NCBI GenBank assembly: GCA_903946925.1
Contig: CAJAXK010000057.1
Coordinates: forward strand, 1,807 to 65,806
Direction: 5' to 3'
Origin: an uncultured Bacteroidales bacterium
Lineage (GTDB): Bacteria; Bacteroidota; Bacteroidia; Bacteroidales; UBA4417
DNA: 64,000 bases
The notes under the pieces were generated by a model, which was not told where the DNA came from, did not search any database, and saw nothing but the letters and a program-made list of their open reading frames with translations. The translations under genes were made by a program, and so were the position numbers. The stretch's first letter is position 1; each line of letters begins with the position of its first letter. Below are positions 1 to 11,500 of this stretch, one piece after another.

Positions 1-901
1 TTTTGATCATCACATTAAACGTATCAACAGTATTTTGAATGGTGTTATCCTTTTTGGAGAATAAGCCTACCTGCGCCACGATGCTAAAAACCCCATTTGG
101 CGGCAGGTCTTTGATAGCCCTGTAACTTATGTCTTGAAATTCTATTTCAAAGTGGCCAGAGTTTTCAAAGTAATTAACCTGGTAACCAGGGCCAAAAGCT
201 GCATTAAAGTTGTACGAATTGAGAGTAGTTAAGCCTTTAGCTTGTTGCATCTGCCTTGCGTATTCATAGTCGAATACAAAATTTTGGGCTGTTGTTTTTA
301 TAAACTCCACAGTTTTTACGATATAATTATCGTCCTTATAGCTCACATTCAATACTAAAGGAAGGACCTTTTTACTAAGTATGTCATAGTCGTACCCAAA
401 TTTGTAGTCCATTTCGTAAGGAACATCAATGCTCTTTCCCTCACCAGTAAAAGAGGCCTCCATTTTATCACCTTTGTTGTAGGCAACTATTTTCCCGGTA
501 ACTTTTGGAAGGCCTTTTTCGGCAAAAAACCTGCCCGATATTTCCAAAGTCAAGTTCCATTGCGTATCAAGTTTTTCTTTTTCATAAATCAGTATAATCC
601 CATTGCCTTTGGCTGCCAAACCATCCGTTCTGAGGTCAAATTTACCTTCGGCCTTGCCAGTAAGAAGCATATAATTGGTTTCCTTGGTTTTTGCGTCCCT
701 GATCTCGATGTCGAGGACAACCTCTATTTCACCTTCGGTATTCAAGGAAAGGGTAAACATTTTATCACCAGTCTCCTTGTAAATAAAACTGCCCGGATCG
801 CTTACAAACTTGAAATGGCATTGGTATTCGTTTGACAAAATCTGTGCATTAGTCAGCAAACTACTGACAACCAATAGAATTGATAGTATTGATTTTTTCA
901 T
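1..901 (-). CDS. hypothetical secreted protein (partial; C-terminus lies beyond the window edge)
   Basis: The minus-strand frame is open from the window edge to the ATG at 899-901 (rc). It gives MKKSILSILLVVSSLLTNAQILSNEYQCHF..., a Sec-type signal peptide. It is absent from the ORF track because it has no stop inside the window. No family recognised. Confidence 0.6.
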   Translation of the reverse strand, partial: MKKSILSILLVVSSLLTNAQILSNEYQCHFKFVSDPGSFIYKETGDKMFTLSLNTEGEIEVVLDIEIRDAKTKETNYMLLTGKAEGKFDLRTDGLAAKGNGIILIYEKEKLDTQWNLTLEISGRFFAEKGLPKVTGKIVAYNKGDKMEASFTGEGKSIDVPYEMDYKFGYDYDILSKKVLPLVLNVSYKDDNYIVKTVEFIKTTAQNFVFDYEYARQMQQAKGLTTLNSYNFNAAFGPGYQVNYFENSGHFEIEFQDISYRAIKDLPPNGVFSIVAQVGLFSKKDNTIQNTVDTFNVMIK

Positions 902-1188
902 TTCTGCTAATTTTTGGGATTTGTATTATGCTATTATTCATAATAATATTCTTGCAAGCACATTTAAAAAACCAAATCCTTCAAACGTCTCTGATTTATC
1001 CCTTTATAGAACCTCACTTTTTCTTTGTGAAAATTTTAGCCGGATTCTACATTTATGAATAAAGGAATATCAAAAAAAAGATGGATTTAAAAGCTAAAGT
1101 ATGGAATTATGGAACATTAAGGAAGAGTATTGCAAAAAAAATGGCTGCTTTAGCAGCAACCATTTTTTTATGTGATTTCCGGAAAAAA

Positions 1189-4100
1189 TCAAGGCTTTTT
1201 CACCACCACAAACCCGGCAGCATTGTTGTCGGCCATAACAAGGTCGAAAGCATCCACAATTCCATCGCCATTTACGTCGGTGGTGAGATATCCTATTGTA
1301 AAACCTACGGCAGTGGTTTGTATGGATGTTTGGTCAAGGGCATTTACAGCACCATCCTGATTAACATCCCCACAATAAATTAGAAAAACTGTTCCTTTTT
1401 GTTTCAGGTTGTTTCCATAGGCCGCTGTAACAGTTGTACTAAAATTGTAGCTTACTGTACTACCGGCAAAAGAAACCGGTGCTGCCGACCAGGTTTGTAT
1501 GCTGTTGCGGTGTTTTACCACAATATAATAGTTTGCGCTTAATGTACCTGGTATGCTTAAAGATGCAGTTCCATCGGTATTCAAGTTAGCAATATATGGA
1601 CCACCGGCAAGTGCATAAGGCGTGGTTGAGTTGTGCAATTCCACAGTAATTTGGTCAGCAATGGTACCTGAATATTGGTTGCCAACCCCATTTTGGGCTT
1701 TATTCATTGTACTTCCGGCGGTTACAGGGTACAATCCTTCGAGGAATACGTTAAGGTTAAGCGTTTTGGTAGGTAGGGCTGTAACGGTAATAGTATAATC
1801 TTCCACTTCTCCCCATACAGCAGTGCCACAAGGCGAAGTGGCTTCATTGGTATAATGAATCCGAATCCTCATCCTTTTTGAGCCAATAGATGCATTTGCA
1901 GGGCAAGCAATTGTTGCCGAAAAAGGTCCAGGGGTTCCTGTAACAACAATTGCCTGATCGTCTGAAAAATCACCATTGCTGTTCCAGTCCACCCAAATAC
2001 CACAGCGGTCTCCTGTATAAAGTATCCCATTTGAAACAGTAATAGGTACCGATGCCCCTTGTACAATACTTGTTAACAAACTTGTGTAATTAGCATAACC
2101 GCCGGATGAACAAGTGCTAGAATTACTAATTGTACCAATCACAACGTCAGAAATATATTCGTCACAAGTAATTCCATTAGCGGAACAATAGCTAACCAAT
2201 ATTTGTCTATTCCCGGCAGGATTGGTAACCGTCGGCGTTTTAGCTGTTCCCACAGTTAACGAGGTGCATTGTGCATCCAAAGAGTTGTTTAAAACAGCAC
2301 TTTCTGGTACATCATAAGCCAGCCAAAAATAATTTGTCCCACCACTCAAAATCTGGGTTCCTGTAATGGTGAAAGTGCCATTGGGTGAAACAGAAGTGGC
2401 TCCAAATTGAGTTGTAGTAGCAAAAGCATTGCTAGTTCCTGTAAAATACAATTTTGAATTTGTAATATCGGTTACAGGACTTGTAGAGCCAGTTGTATTA
2501 AAAGTAAATGAAGTAGCACTTAAAGGTGTCAAATCACCATTTGTAACAATTTGGATACTAATAATTTCTTGGTTTACCTGATTTGGGGCAACAGATGAAA
2601 TATTGTTTTGGGTTACCGTACTCGAAACATAAGTCATTGCCGTTGACGAATAATAGACAAGAGATTCCCAAAGGCCCCTGCCGAAAGTTGCAGCCCTTAA
2701 CTTGCTTTGTTGAGGATTTGATGCATAATAGATTTCCAATTCGCCTATTTGGACATTAGGTAAACCCGTGTTATAAGCAGCCCAATTATCAGTGCCCTTT
2801 TTAAAATATACACCTAATTCGGTTCCAACATACAATTGTACTTCGGAAGCCGATTGTTTGTTTTGCACAATAGTATAAGCCGGAAGCTGCGGTAAACCTG
2901 CAGAAATATTTGTCCAAGAAGTGCCAGCGTTTATTGATTGATAAACCGTTGAAGCAGAATAACCACTTAAGGTTACCCAAAGTGTATTTGCATCATTGTT
3001 TTTTACAGCAATGTAGGTAATGCTGCCTGAACCTACTGGTAAACTGCCAGTTATAATGGACCAAGAAGCACCTCCATTCGTAGTTTTCCATATTGTTGAT
3101 TGATCAGCTACATAGATTACTTGTGTATTTGAAGGCGCAATTGCCATTGAACGGATTAAATTTGATGTGTTCATGGTGGAAATTTGTGTCCAGTTAGTTC
3201 CCCTGTCAACAGTTTTCCACACATTGGCATATCCGGCATATAATATCATTGGATTGGTAGGATCAATTATGTATGGTGTTACCCATGCACCACTGCCAGC
3301 ACCGGATGGCTCAATTGCAGAAGAAGAAGCCCAATGATTTGTAGTTATATCAATTTGGCCGTTTGTATAAGTTCCATATTGAATATTTACATTCGTATAG
3401 TCAATCAAACATTCCATGCCATCGCCACCTTTCACGTCAGACCAGGTTCCTCCCGAAATAAGTTTGGTGCCGTTATCCTGCAAGCCAGTAATAACCTCAT
3501 TGGAAACTGTTTGCGAAACACCCAGCTTGTACATCTGACTGATAACCATTCCATTGGTTTTGTCAGTCCAGCTTGTTCCGTTGTTGGTCGAAATATAAAC
3601 GCCCCCATCGTTACATTCGAATAAATCGCCATTGTTTCTATAATTTAAGCTATGTTTATCGGCGTGAACCGCTTGGGCACCATAACCACCATACCAGTGG
3701 TTTACCAAAGCCCAACTTGTTCCACCATTAGTCGAACGCCAGGTATTTACACCACCAACCAAAAGGGTATTAGCATTTGATGGTGAAGCGGCAAGGCTCA
3801 AATCGTACCAGCCTTGTCCCCCATCATCACTTCCTGGAATACCATCGTACCATCCCAATAAATTTTTGGTAGTCCCAGCAAAAATTTGCGAATATGAAGA
3901 ACCACTGTTTATTGATTTATAAATCCCGTAAAGCCCACTAACTGAATTAACGGCCAGTGCATAAACCCAGGTTGGTTGATTTGCCGAAACAGCCAGTTCA
4001 ATTCTATAGGCATTTGCATCTATAAATGTCTGTGTCCAGGAAGTTCCGCCATTTGTTGACAAATAAATTGATCCACTTGTTGTTGATCCATAAAGAGTAT

Positions 4101-4962
4101 TAAAATCGCCAGGTTTGTATTCCATGTCGATAAAACTGGTAGTTGTCAATTGTGTGCTCCAGGTAGTTCCACCATTTGTGGTTTTATACACGCCGTTTGA
4201 TGTGGCTGCAATAAGGGTCTGGTTGTTCGATGGATCCAATAGGAGTCTGTAAACCATATTCCAACCCGATAGAGCATAACTTAGCCCTGTAGTATTCCAT
4301 GTAACACCGCCATCAGTTGACTTTAAAACACCAATACTGTTATTGTCCCAATGATCTTTATCGCCTGTTGCAATATAAATTGTGTTTGATGTAGCGAAAT
4401 CGGAAGGGATAACAATATCGCTTACAGCCAGAACTCCATTATTGTCGGTTAAACAGGTCCAGCTTGTGCCATTATTTGTTGTAACCCATAAACCGCCTGA
4501 AGCAGCTCCAACCCAATAGGTATTTGTGTTTGTTGGGTGATAAGCAATACAATTCAAACGGCCAACCCCGGCGTAACCACCAGTAGAACTGCTTGTGCCC
4601 AATGATGACCAACTTGCCGCTGCCGCAGCTTTTGATTGTGGGTTTGTTTTTAAATATCCTTCGTAAATTTCCGCTGCCGTTTTCACTGGGAATTCGCCAG
4701 AAGCTGGATCTATTTTACTTTCCATATCGTATTCCCAGCGCTTAAATTGCTTCCAACCAATTGCTTTTTTCTTTACCCCATTTTCAATATAAAAACCTCT
4801 TTCAACATTATAAGGTTCCCAATACTGATCAAAAGCAGTTTTATAATCAAAAAAAGTCAATTGGCTTTTCGATTTTTGTTGGGGCAAATTTTTTAGCCAG
4901 GCTTGTGAAAACAACATTGATGTTATAAACATCATTACGGATAACAAGTAGATTTTTTTCAT
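1189..4962 (-). CDS. giant secreted protein: BNR/Asp-box beta-propeller region + GEVED domain + C-terminal LEGLY/dockerin-like module
   Basis: 1257-aa ORF with signal peptide MKKIYLLSVMMFITSMLFSQ. About 10 blades carry S/T-x-N/D-G-G-x-S/T-W motifs (TNNGTSW, STDGGVTW, TTNGGTTW...), as in sortilin/VPS10- or GH74-like propellers. WGEVEDYTITV matches the GEVED motif. The last ~190 aa hold two dockerin-type Ca loops, DVNQDGAVNALD and DVNGDGIVDAFD. Confidence 0.85.
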   Translation of the reverse strand: MKKIYLLSVMMFITSMLFSQAWLKNLPQQKSKSQLTFFDYKTAFDQYWEPYNVERGFYIENGVKKKAIGWKQFKRWEYDMESKIDPASGEFPVKTAAEIYEGYLKTNPQSKAAAAASWSSLGTSSSTGGYAGVGRLNCIAYHPTNTNTYWVGAASGGLWVTTNNGTSWTCLTDNNGVLAVSDIVIPSDFATSNTIYIATGDKDHWDNNSIGVLKSTDGGVTWNTTGLSYALSGWNMVYRLLLDPSNNQTLIAATSNGVYKTTNGGTTWSTQLTTTSFIDMEYKPGDFNTLYGSTTSGSIYLSTNGGTSWTQTFIDANAYRIELAVSANQPTWVYALAVNSVSGLYGIYKSINSGSSYSQIFAGTTKNLLGWYDGIPGSDDGGQGWYDLSLAASPSNANTLLVGGVNTWRSTNGGTSWALVNHWYGGYGAQAVHADKHSLNYRNNGDLFECNDGGVYISTNNGTSWTDKTNGMVISQMYKLGVSQTVSNEVITGLQDNGTKLISGGTWSDVKGGDGMECLIDYTNVNIQYGTYTNGQIDITTNHWASSSAIEPSGAGSGAWVTPYIIDPTNPMILYAGYANVWKTVDRGTNWTQISTMNTSNLIRSMAIAPSNTQVIYVADQSTIWKTTNGGASWSIITGSLPVGSGSITYIAVKNNDANTLWVTLSGYSASTVYQSINAGTSWTNISAGLPQLPAYTIVQNKQSASEVQLYVGTELGVYFKKGTDNWAAYNTGLPNVQIGELEIYYASNPQQSKLRAATFGRGLWESLVYYSSTAMTYVSSTVTQNNISSVAPNQVNQEIISIQIVTNGDLTPLSATSFTFNTTGSTSPVTDITNSKLYFTGTSNAFATTTQFGATSVSPNGTFTITGTQILSGGTNYFWLAYDVPESAVLNNSLDAQCTSLTVGTAKTPTVTNPAGNRQILVSYCSANGITCDEYISDVVIGTISNSSTCSSGGYANYTSLLTSIVQGASVPITVSNGILYTGDRCGIWVDWNSNGDFSDDQAIVVTGTPGPFSATIACPANASIGSKRMRIRIHYTNEATSPCGTAVWGEVEDYTITVTALPTKTLNLNVFLEGLYPVTAGSTMNKAQNGVGNQYSGTIADQITVELHNSTTPYALAGGPYIANLNTDGTASLSIPGTLSANYYIVVKHRNSIQTWSAAPVSFAGSTVSYNFSTTVTAAYGNNLKQKGTVFLIYCGDVNQDGAVNALDQTSIQTTAVGFTIGYLTTDVNGDGIVDAFDLVMADNNAAGFVVVKKP

Positions 4963-5161
4963 TGGTTTCAGGGTGATAAAAAGGGTTAATTATTTGCTTG
5001 CTTTTGGATGGAAGGCTTTATTCCCAATTTAACTAATTGGCAATAACGCAATTTTAAAAAACCGCTAAATTATATCATATTGCGATTTATCACAACAGGA
5101 TAAAATAGTGAAGGCCACCAAGAAAAAGGCAGCCTTCAAACATTAGTAGGTTAAAGTCATT

Positions 5162-8100
5162 TCACGGCTTTTTCACCATTATGAAAGCAGCTGCGTTATT
5201 GTCGGTCAATATCAAATCCAAAGCATCAACCACAGCATCGCCATTCACATCCTGCTCAATATATCCTGAACCAAACGACGAGGATTGGCTTTCGCACGAA
5301 TCCATATCAAGTATGTTAACAAACCCATCTTGGTTTATATCGCCACCATAAACGACATATTGACCTGCAGCCATAGTTTTCAGGTTGCTTCCGTAAGCCT
5401 TGGCAGGGTTATCGAAGTAATAATCAATTGTTGCAGCCGAAAACGAAACAGGGTTTGCCGATGTAGTCTCAATACTGTTCCTGTGTTTTATAGTTATATA
5501 ATAAGAGCCATTGTAATTTCCTGGAACCGTAATTGTTGCCTGTCCGTTGGTAAGCAGATCAACACTGCTGGCAGTATAAACAATTTGGCTATAGTTGGTT
5601 GCACTGTGCAATTCCACATCAATATGGTCGGCGATACCGACACCAAAATGTGGCCCGTTTGCATCCTTTGCCTGTTGCATTGCGTTTGGGCCATCATACA
5701 ATCCTTCGAGCAAAACTTTGATATTGAGAGTATGTGGAACCGAAGCAACCGCTACCGTAATAAGGTCGGATCCTGAACAAACATTATTACCTGTAACTGT
5801 CAAAGTGTAAGTTGTTGTTTCTGTAGGGGAGGCAAGTGGATTTGAAATTGCAGGATTATTTAAACCGGCTGAAGGGGTCCACAAATAAGTGTAAGGAGTG
5901 CTTCCACCAGTTGCCGTCCCATTTAATTGAACCGAACTCCCTGGAGACATATTCAAATCTGTTCCGGCATCAACAATCAGTGCATTGGCAACAACCGAAA
6001 TGTTGGAATTAACATAAAATGAGGTTATTACAGCACCAGAAACATCGCTATATTCGCAGGCGCCAGTTGTTTGTGTGTCCCAGCTCAAGCTTGCCGAAAT
6101 TCCAGAAATGGCTTTAAACCTATATTGAATCAAGACTCCGTTTCCTAAGTTTGCGGCGGTTGTTGAAGCCCAAGTTAGATAAACTTTGTTGGCTGAACGG
6201 TTCACAACAAGCAATCCTCCTGTAAGCGCGGCATTGGGAGATTGATATCCATCAAAAACCATTTTGGTTGTGTCGAAAACCATAGTCAGCGAAATACTTC
6301 CTACATTGCTACCGTTTGTAACATTTATTGGCACAAGCAAATTACCTGTACAGGAGTTTGAAATAGTTCCCGAAGTGGTTGTAATGGCTGCCTGTGTAAC
6401 CGTTAATTGTGAGGTGTTTGAAATTACCGATGGGGTGCAAGTTCCGGAAACCACACATTGGTATAAATAACCATTCATTCCAACAGCCGCAGGATTTATG
6501 CCAAGTGAGGCAGAGTTTACACCCGAATAAGGAGATACATTGGTAAGGTTTGACCAATTTGTGCCTCCATTGGTGCTAACCTGCCACTGATAACTTACCG
6601 AAGTTCCTGTGGCTGCAACCGAAAAACTTGTACTTCCACCTGCATAAATGCTTTGGTTTACAGGCTGGTTGGTTAGGGCAGGAGGTTGGTTTATGGTAAT
6701 GTTCCCATTGGTCCAGGTCGAGAAAATAACCAAACCATTGATGTCGCTGTATTCGCAGTTGCCTGTTGTTTGCGTGTCCCAGGTTAAACTGCTTGTTCCG
6801 GGTATTCCAGTAAATTTCAACTCAACAAGCAAACCGGCAGTGGCGATTGTCGCTGCCGAGTTATTTGACCATGTAAGATAAACTTTGCCTCCAACAGCGT
6901 TTACGTTAATCATGCCACCGGTTATTGCAGCATTCAAATTCTGATAGCCGGTATAAATCAACACCGATGGGTTGTAGTTCAACGCAAGCGAAAAGGAAGC
7001 TACACCAATAAAATCGGTTACATTTATGGGAACAATAACTTGTCCGGGACATACAGTTGCCGTTCCGCAGGTGGTGAGAATATTGGGTAAAACTGTAAGA
7101 ACCGCTGGGTTGGAATATACAATTGGGGTACATGTTCCACTAATTTTGCATCGGTATTGGTAAGTGCTTATCGAAAGCTGGGCATTTGTTATGCCAAGAG
7201 TAGCTGTGGTAACATTGGAATACGTGGCTGTATTGCTCAAATCGGTAAAAGTTGAACCACCGTCGGAGCTAACCTGCCAAAGATATCCAATCCCCGATGC
7301 CGTTGCAGTAACACTAAAACTGGTATTCTGCCCTTTTGCTATTATTTTATCGGTTGGATGTGCGGTAACTACTGGTACGCCATAAATGGTTTCATTTCCA
7401 TTAACAAAATCTGTTGCTATTGCTAACCCATTGCTATCGGAATATTCGCAGTTGCCCGAGGTTGCCAGATCCCATGTAAGTCCGCTTGAGCCTGTGGCAG
7501 CGGTAAACAGTAGTTTTACCAAAGTATCGTTAGTAAATGTTGCTGAGGCTGTCGCTGACCAGGTCATATAAACCATACCATTATTGGCATTCGCAACAAA
7601 ATTGCCTCCCGACAAGGCTCCGTTCAGGTTTTGAAATCCTGTATAGGTAAGCACGCTTGGGTTATAGGCAAATGCCAGCGAAAAAGAAGCAACACCTGTA
7701 AAATTGGTAACCTTAACCGGAACAACAATATTTCCAGGACAAAAACTACCTGTTGGCAAAGTGCTTGTTATTGGGTTTACGACAGAAAGTGTAACCATAT
7801 TTGAATAAATCACAGGAGTACAAGTTCCGGTGAGCCGGCACTTGTATTTGTATCCGTTATAACCTAACAAGCAGTTGGTAATGCCCAAAGTTGGGGTGGT
7901 AACACCCGTATAGGTTGCATTGTTGGCTAAATCGGCCCATGTATTCCCTCCATTGGTGCTGTATTGCCAAAGATACGCTATGGATGTTCCTGTGGCGGAA
8001 ACGCTGAACGAGGTATTTTGTCCAACCAAAACCGATTTATCCAAAGGCTCTGCACCTATAATTGGCGGCTGGTTTATGGTTTCAGTTCCATTAACGAAAG

Positions 8101-8536
8101 TGGCTGCAAGGGCAACGCCGTTTACATCGCTGTATTCGCAGTTTCCCGGCGTCTGTGTGTCCCAAACAAGCGAAGTGATACTTGGCAAAGCATTGAACCT
8201 TAATTCAACCAATGTGCCGTTTCCAAGGTTAGCGGCGGTTGTCCTGGCCCAGCCTATCACGACCTGGTTGCCGGAAGAATAAATTGTCATCAGCCCCCCG
8301 TTCAATTCAGGGTTTAGGTTCTGGTAACCTGAATAGGTCAATTTGGTGTTGTCGAAATTCAGCAGCAGCGAAATAGCACCGATACCATTGCAATTGGCAA
8401 CAGTTATAGGAACCACAATTTCGCCCGGACAGCTTGTGACCGATCCTGCGGTTGTGCTTATCGTTTGGGCATTAATGAAACCCGCCCAAATTATCAGCAA
8501 CAGCAGTGGTATTCGATGTAAAATCAGAGTTTTCAT
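5162..8536 (-). CDS. secreted scaffold-like protein: 4 cohesin-like modules alternating with Ig-like modules + C-terminal LEGLY/dockerin-like module
   Basis: 1124-aa ORF with a signal peptide. Four ~130-aa units fit the cohesin pattern (PGEIVVPITVANCNGIGAISLLLNFDNTKLTYSGY...LVELRFNAL...CEYSD). The first three are each followed by a ~95-aa Ig-like unit (SFSVSATGTSIAYLWQYSTNGGNTW...YKYKCRLTG). The C-terminus carries DINQDGFVNILD and DVNGDAVVDALD and ends ...FIMVKKP. Confidence 0.8.
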   Translation of the reverse strand: MKTLILHRIPLLLLIIWAGFINAQTISTTAGSVTSCPGEIVVPITVANCNGIGAISLLLNFDNTKLTYSGYQNLNPELNGGLMTIYSSGNQVVIGWARTTAANLGNGTLVELRFNALPSITSLVWDTQTPGNCEYSDVNGVALAATFVNGTETINQPPIIGAEPLDKSVLVGQNTSFSVSATGTSIAYLWQYSTNGGNTWADLANNATYTGVTTPTLGITNCLLGYNGYKYKCRLTGTCTPVIYSNMVTLSVVNPITSTLPTGSFCPGNIVVPVKVTNFTGVASFSLAFAYNPSVLTYTGFQNLNGALSGGNFVANANNGMVYMTWSATASATFTNDTLVKLLFTAATGSSGLTWDLATSGNCEYSDSNGLAIATDFVNGNETIYGVPVVTAHPTDKIIAKGQNTSFSVTATASGIGYLWQVSSDGGSTFTDLSNTATYSNVTTATLGITNAQLSISTYQYRCKISGTCTPIVYSNPAVLTVLPNILTTCGTATVCPGQVIVPINVTDFIGVASFSLALNYNPSVLIYTGYQNLNAAITGGMINVNAVGGKVYLTWSNNSAATIATAGLLVELKFTGIPGTSSLTWDTQTTGNCEYSDINGLVIFSTWTNGNITINQPPALTNQPVNQSIYAGGSTSFSVAATGTSVSYQWQVSTNGGTNWSNLTNVSPYSGVNSASLGINPAAVGMNGYLYQCVVSGTCTPSVISNTSQLTVTQAAITTTSGTISNSCTGNLLVPINVTNGSNVGSISLTMVFDTTKMVFDGYQSPNAALTGGLLVVNRSANKVYLTWASTTAANLGNGVLIQYRFKAISGISASLSWDTQTTGACEYSDVSGAVITSFYVNSNISVVANALIVDAGTDLNMSPGSSVQLNGTATGGSTPYTYLWTPSAGLNNPAISNPLASPTETTTYTLTVTGNNVCSGSDLITVAVASVPHTLNIKVLLEGLYDGPNAMQQAKDANGPHFGVGIADHIDVELHSATNYSQIVYTASSVDLLTNGQATITVPGNYNGSYYITIKHRNSIETTSANPVSFSAATIDYYFDNPAKAYGSNLKTMAAGQYVVYGGDINQDGFVNILDMDSCESQSSSFGSGYIEQDVNGDAVVDALDLILTDNNAAAFIMVKKP

Positions 8537-8549
8537 AACGAAATGATTT

Positions 8550-11500
8550 TTAGTTTGATACCACTACCTTTATCATGTCGGAACTGTATTGTCCGTTGCT
8601 GGTGATTTCTATTTTTAATAAATATATGCCTGGTTTGAGGTTTGAAGCATCTAAAGCAACTTTATGGTTTCCTGAAGCAAGCTCAGTATTTTTGAGGTCT
8701 TTAACAAATGTACCGGCACTGTTTAACAGGGAAATATGAACATTTCCTTCTTTTTCGAGTGAAAATTCGATTACCGATTTAAGGGTAATCGGGTTAGGAT
8801 ATACTGATAATCCAACAAGTTTGCTGCCATCGTCAATCCCTATTGCTTTGGCATTGATGGTAGGTATTGAAACTATTTGCCAATTGTTTGGAGTTGCCAA
8901 GCCGTCAGCAAACTCACAATCCTCATACATTTCCAATTCAATACCAACATTTAGGTTCGAAAGGTCTTTAGCTTTCATCCGGAGTATTACCACAATTTCG
9001 TCATCGTTTACATCCAATGTATTCCTGTCGCACCATCCCATTTTAAATAATCCATCCACAGCAGTCCACGAAAAATCATTGTAACCATTAGCTAGTTTAG
9101 CCCCGACAATTTCGAGATATTGTTCAGGATAATAGAACCCTAAGGATATGGCACCAACCTGCATTCCAGTTTTCAGCCTTACCGGAAATTCAAATTCTGT
9201 ATTCGATTCCACTTGCAACGTACCTTCGAGAACCAATCCTGATGATAGTGCACTTTTTGAGGCCGGGGCATACGATGCATTTACATCGCCAAAGCAAAGC
9301 ACTTCGATATTTCCGGTAACGTTGCTTCCGTTTATAATCACAGTATCGTAATTGTAGAGGTAATCGCCGGCTGGGAAAGTACTGATTTGGTTTGCAAAAC
9401 GTTTCAACACCAAAAGGGCATCGGTACCGTTCACGCTGTGGCTGAAGTTAACATCTGCAGCAGCCAGTTTTATTCCTGAAATCGGGATTGTTTGAGCAAA
9501 ATGGTTCAGTATTGCCAAAGCGTCAGTTGAGTTTACACCACCCCATACAGTAGGTGTTACCGTCATTTTGTAATTACCCGAAGCCATGGAAGGCAAGGTA
9601 TAAACACCTGAACCATTTGCTGTGGTGGAATTGATAGTTGCATTGCCAAAATCTTTGACCACCAAGCCGGCATTCATCATTGGGTAAGCACTGGCACTGG
9701 AATATTTTACCGTTCCACCCATTATTGTGGCAGAAGTAAAAAGTGAAGGCACTTGTGCGAAAGGACCAATATAAACCCTTCCTTTTGCGGCATTATCTGA
9801 TTTGTCGTAAATCCGGTACATTGCCATGGTGGAGTCACCGGTTCCCCAAAAGTTGTAACGCGCGTCTATAGTGTTGGCCGTATTGTTGTACAGGTCGTAA
9901 GAACCATAATTGTTCAGGAAGTTGTTGGTGTAAGCCGAGGTGTTTCCCAAGGTTGGTGTACTGCTTCCATCCAAATAAATCCCATAAGCGGTGTTGTAAT
10001 CAAAAGTAGAATTCCTAATTGCCGGGGAAGAATTCACAATATTTAAACCGTTACCGACTGCTTGATTAATGTTACAATATTGAATGGTTGGCTGTGTGGT
10101 ATTTTCGGCAAGCACATTGTAAATATTCCCTTTTCTTATGTTGCTGTATTTTAGGGAACTAACAGCACCACCATAATCACTCAGATCGTGAAAATAGATT
10201 CCATTCCAATCCCCGGCAATACCGGTGTACGGTGCGTAGGTAATTGTACTATCGGCTTTTCCAACCGACCATAATTCGCCTCCATAAGGATATCCGGCAG
10301 CATAGCCAACCTGTATATTTTTTCCTGATGCGAAATTTAAAGTATTGCCAGGTTCAACGGTTAGCCTACACACCGAATAATATTTCCCAATGGTAATATT
10401 TCCCAACACCAGATAATCGGCATTATCCTTCAATAAAGTCCTGTTTTCGGAATAGGTTCCGCCCGACAAGGCCAACATATTCAGAACATTTCCCGAAAAA
10501 GTATTGTACTTGTGGTAAGGTGCCGATGTCCAATCGAGGAAATTTACAGGATATCTGCCATTGTTGCTAAACGTACAATTGGTAAAAGACCCGCTACTTG
10601 CATTGTATCTAAGTCCATCGGTAACGGCGTTGGAGAAGGTACAATTGTCTAAAGTTACACTGCTGGTATTTTCGCAAAGTATATTGTAGGCATTCGCTTT
10701 TTGAACTATGCAATATTTCAATTGATTGGTGGCTCCACTAAAATCGCTAAAATCGTGAAAGTATATACCGTTCCAATCCCCGGCAATTCCACTGTAGGGT
10801 GTAAATGTTATAATGCTGTCAGCCTTCCCAATAGCGTACAATTCGCCTCCGAAAGGATAACCATCAGGATAGCCAACCTGAATTTTTTTACCTGGTGCAA
10901 ACGAAAGTGTTAAGCCCGGTTCAATGGTTAACCGACAGAAAGTATAGTATTTACCAACCATGATGTTATCTAAGATATGGTATCCGATACCATCATTCTG
11001 AAGGGTGCGGCTATCAGTCATACTTCCACCACTAAAACCAATCATATTGATTCCGTTTCCCGAATAGGTGTTGCCACTCAAAACCGGAAATGTGTGTACT
11101 TCAGAAAAATAAAGGGGATACCTTCCGTTATTTGCAACTGTAGAATTTGTAAGGGCATTGTAAGCTCCGTAAAATTTAATCCCATCCTGAACAGCATTCC
11201 TTATGGTGCAATGGTTAATGCTTGGTTGATTTGTATTTTCTATATACAAATTGTATGCGTTGGCTTTTTCTACCACGCAATAGTACAGAACAGATGTTGA
11301 GGTGTAAGAATCGCTCAGATCATTAAAATACAGTCCTTCCCAACCTCCTGCCGTACCATTGAACGAAGTAAAAGTTATCAAACTATCGGCACCGCCAATG
11401 GCATACAATTCGCCGCTGTAAGGATAACCCGCATAGAAACCTATTTGTATATTTTTTCCCGCAAGCATTTTTATAGTGTTTCCTGGCTCAATCGTGAGGC

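Noticed and set aside
5285-5776. Numerous 60-190-aa ORFs antisense to, or out of frame within, the giant genes (for example 5285..5776, 7920..8282, 21865..22443, 31896..32396, 35974..36390, 36222..36569).
   Set aside because: They lie wholly inside long, domain-rich ORFs on the other strand, have low-complexity or odd composition and show no motifs. They are typical shadow ORFs.
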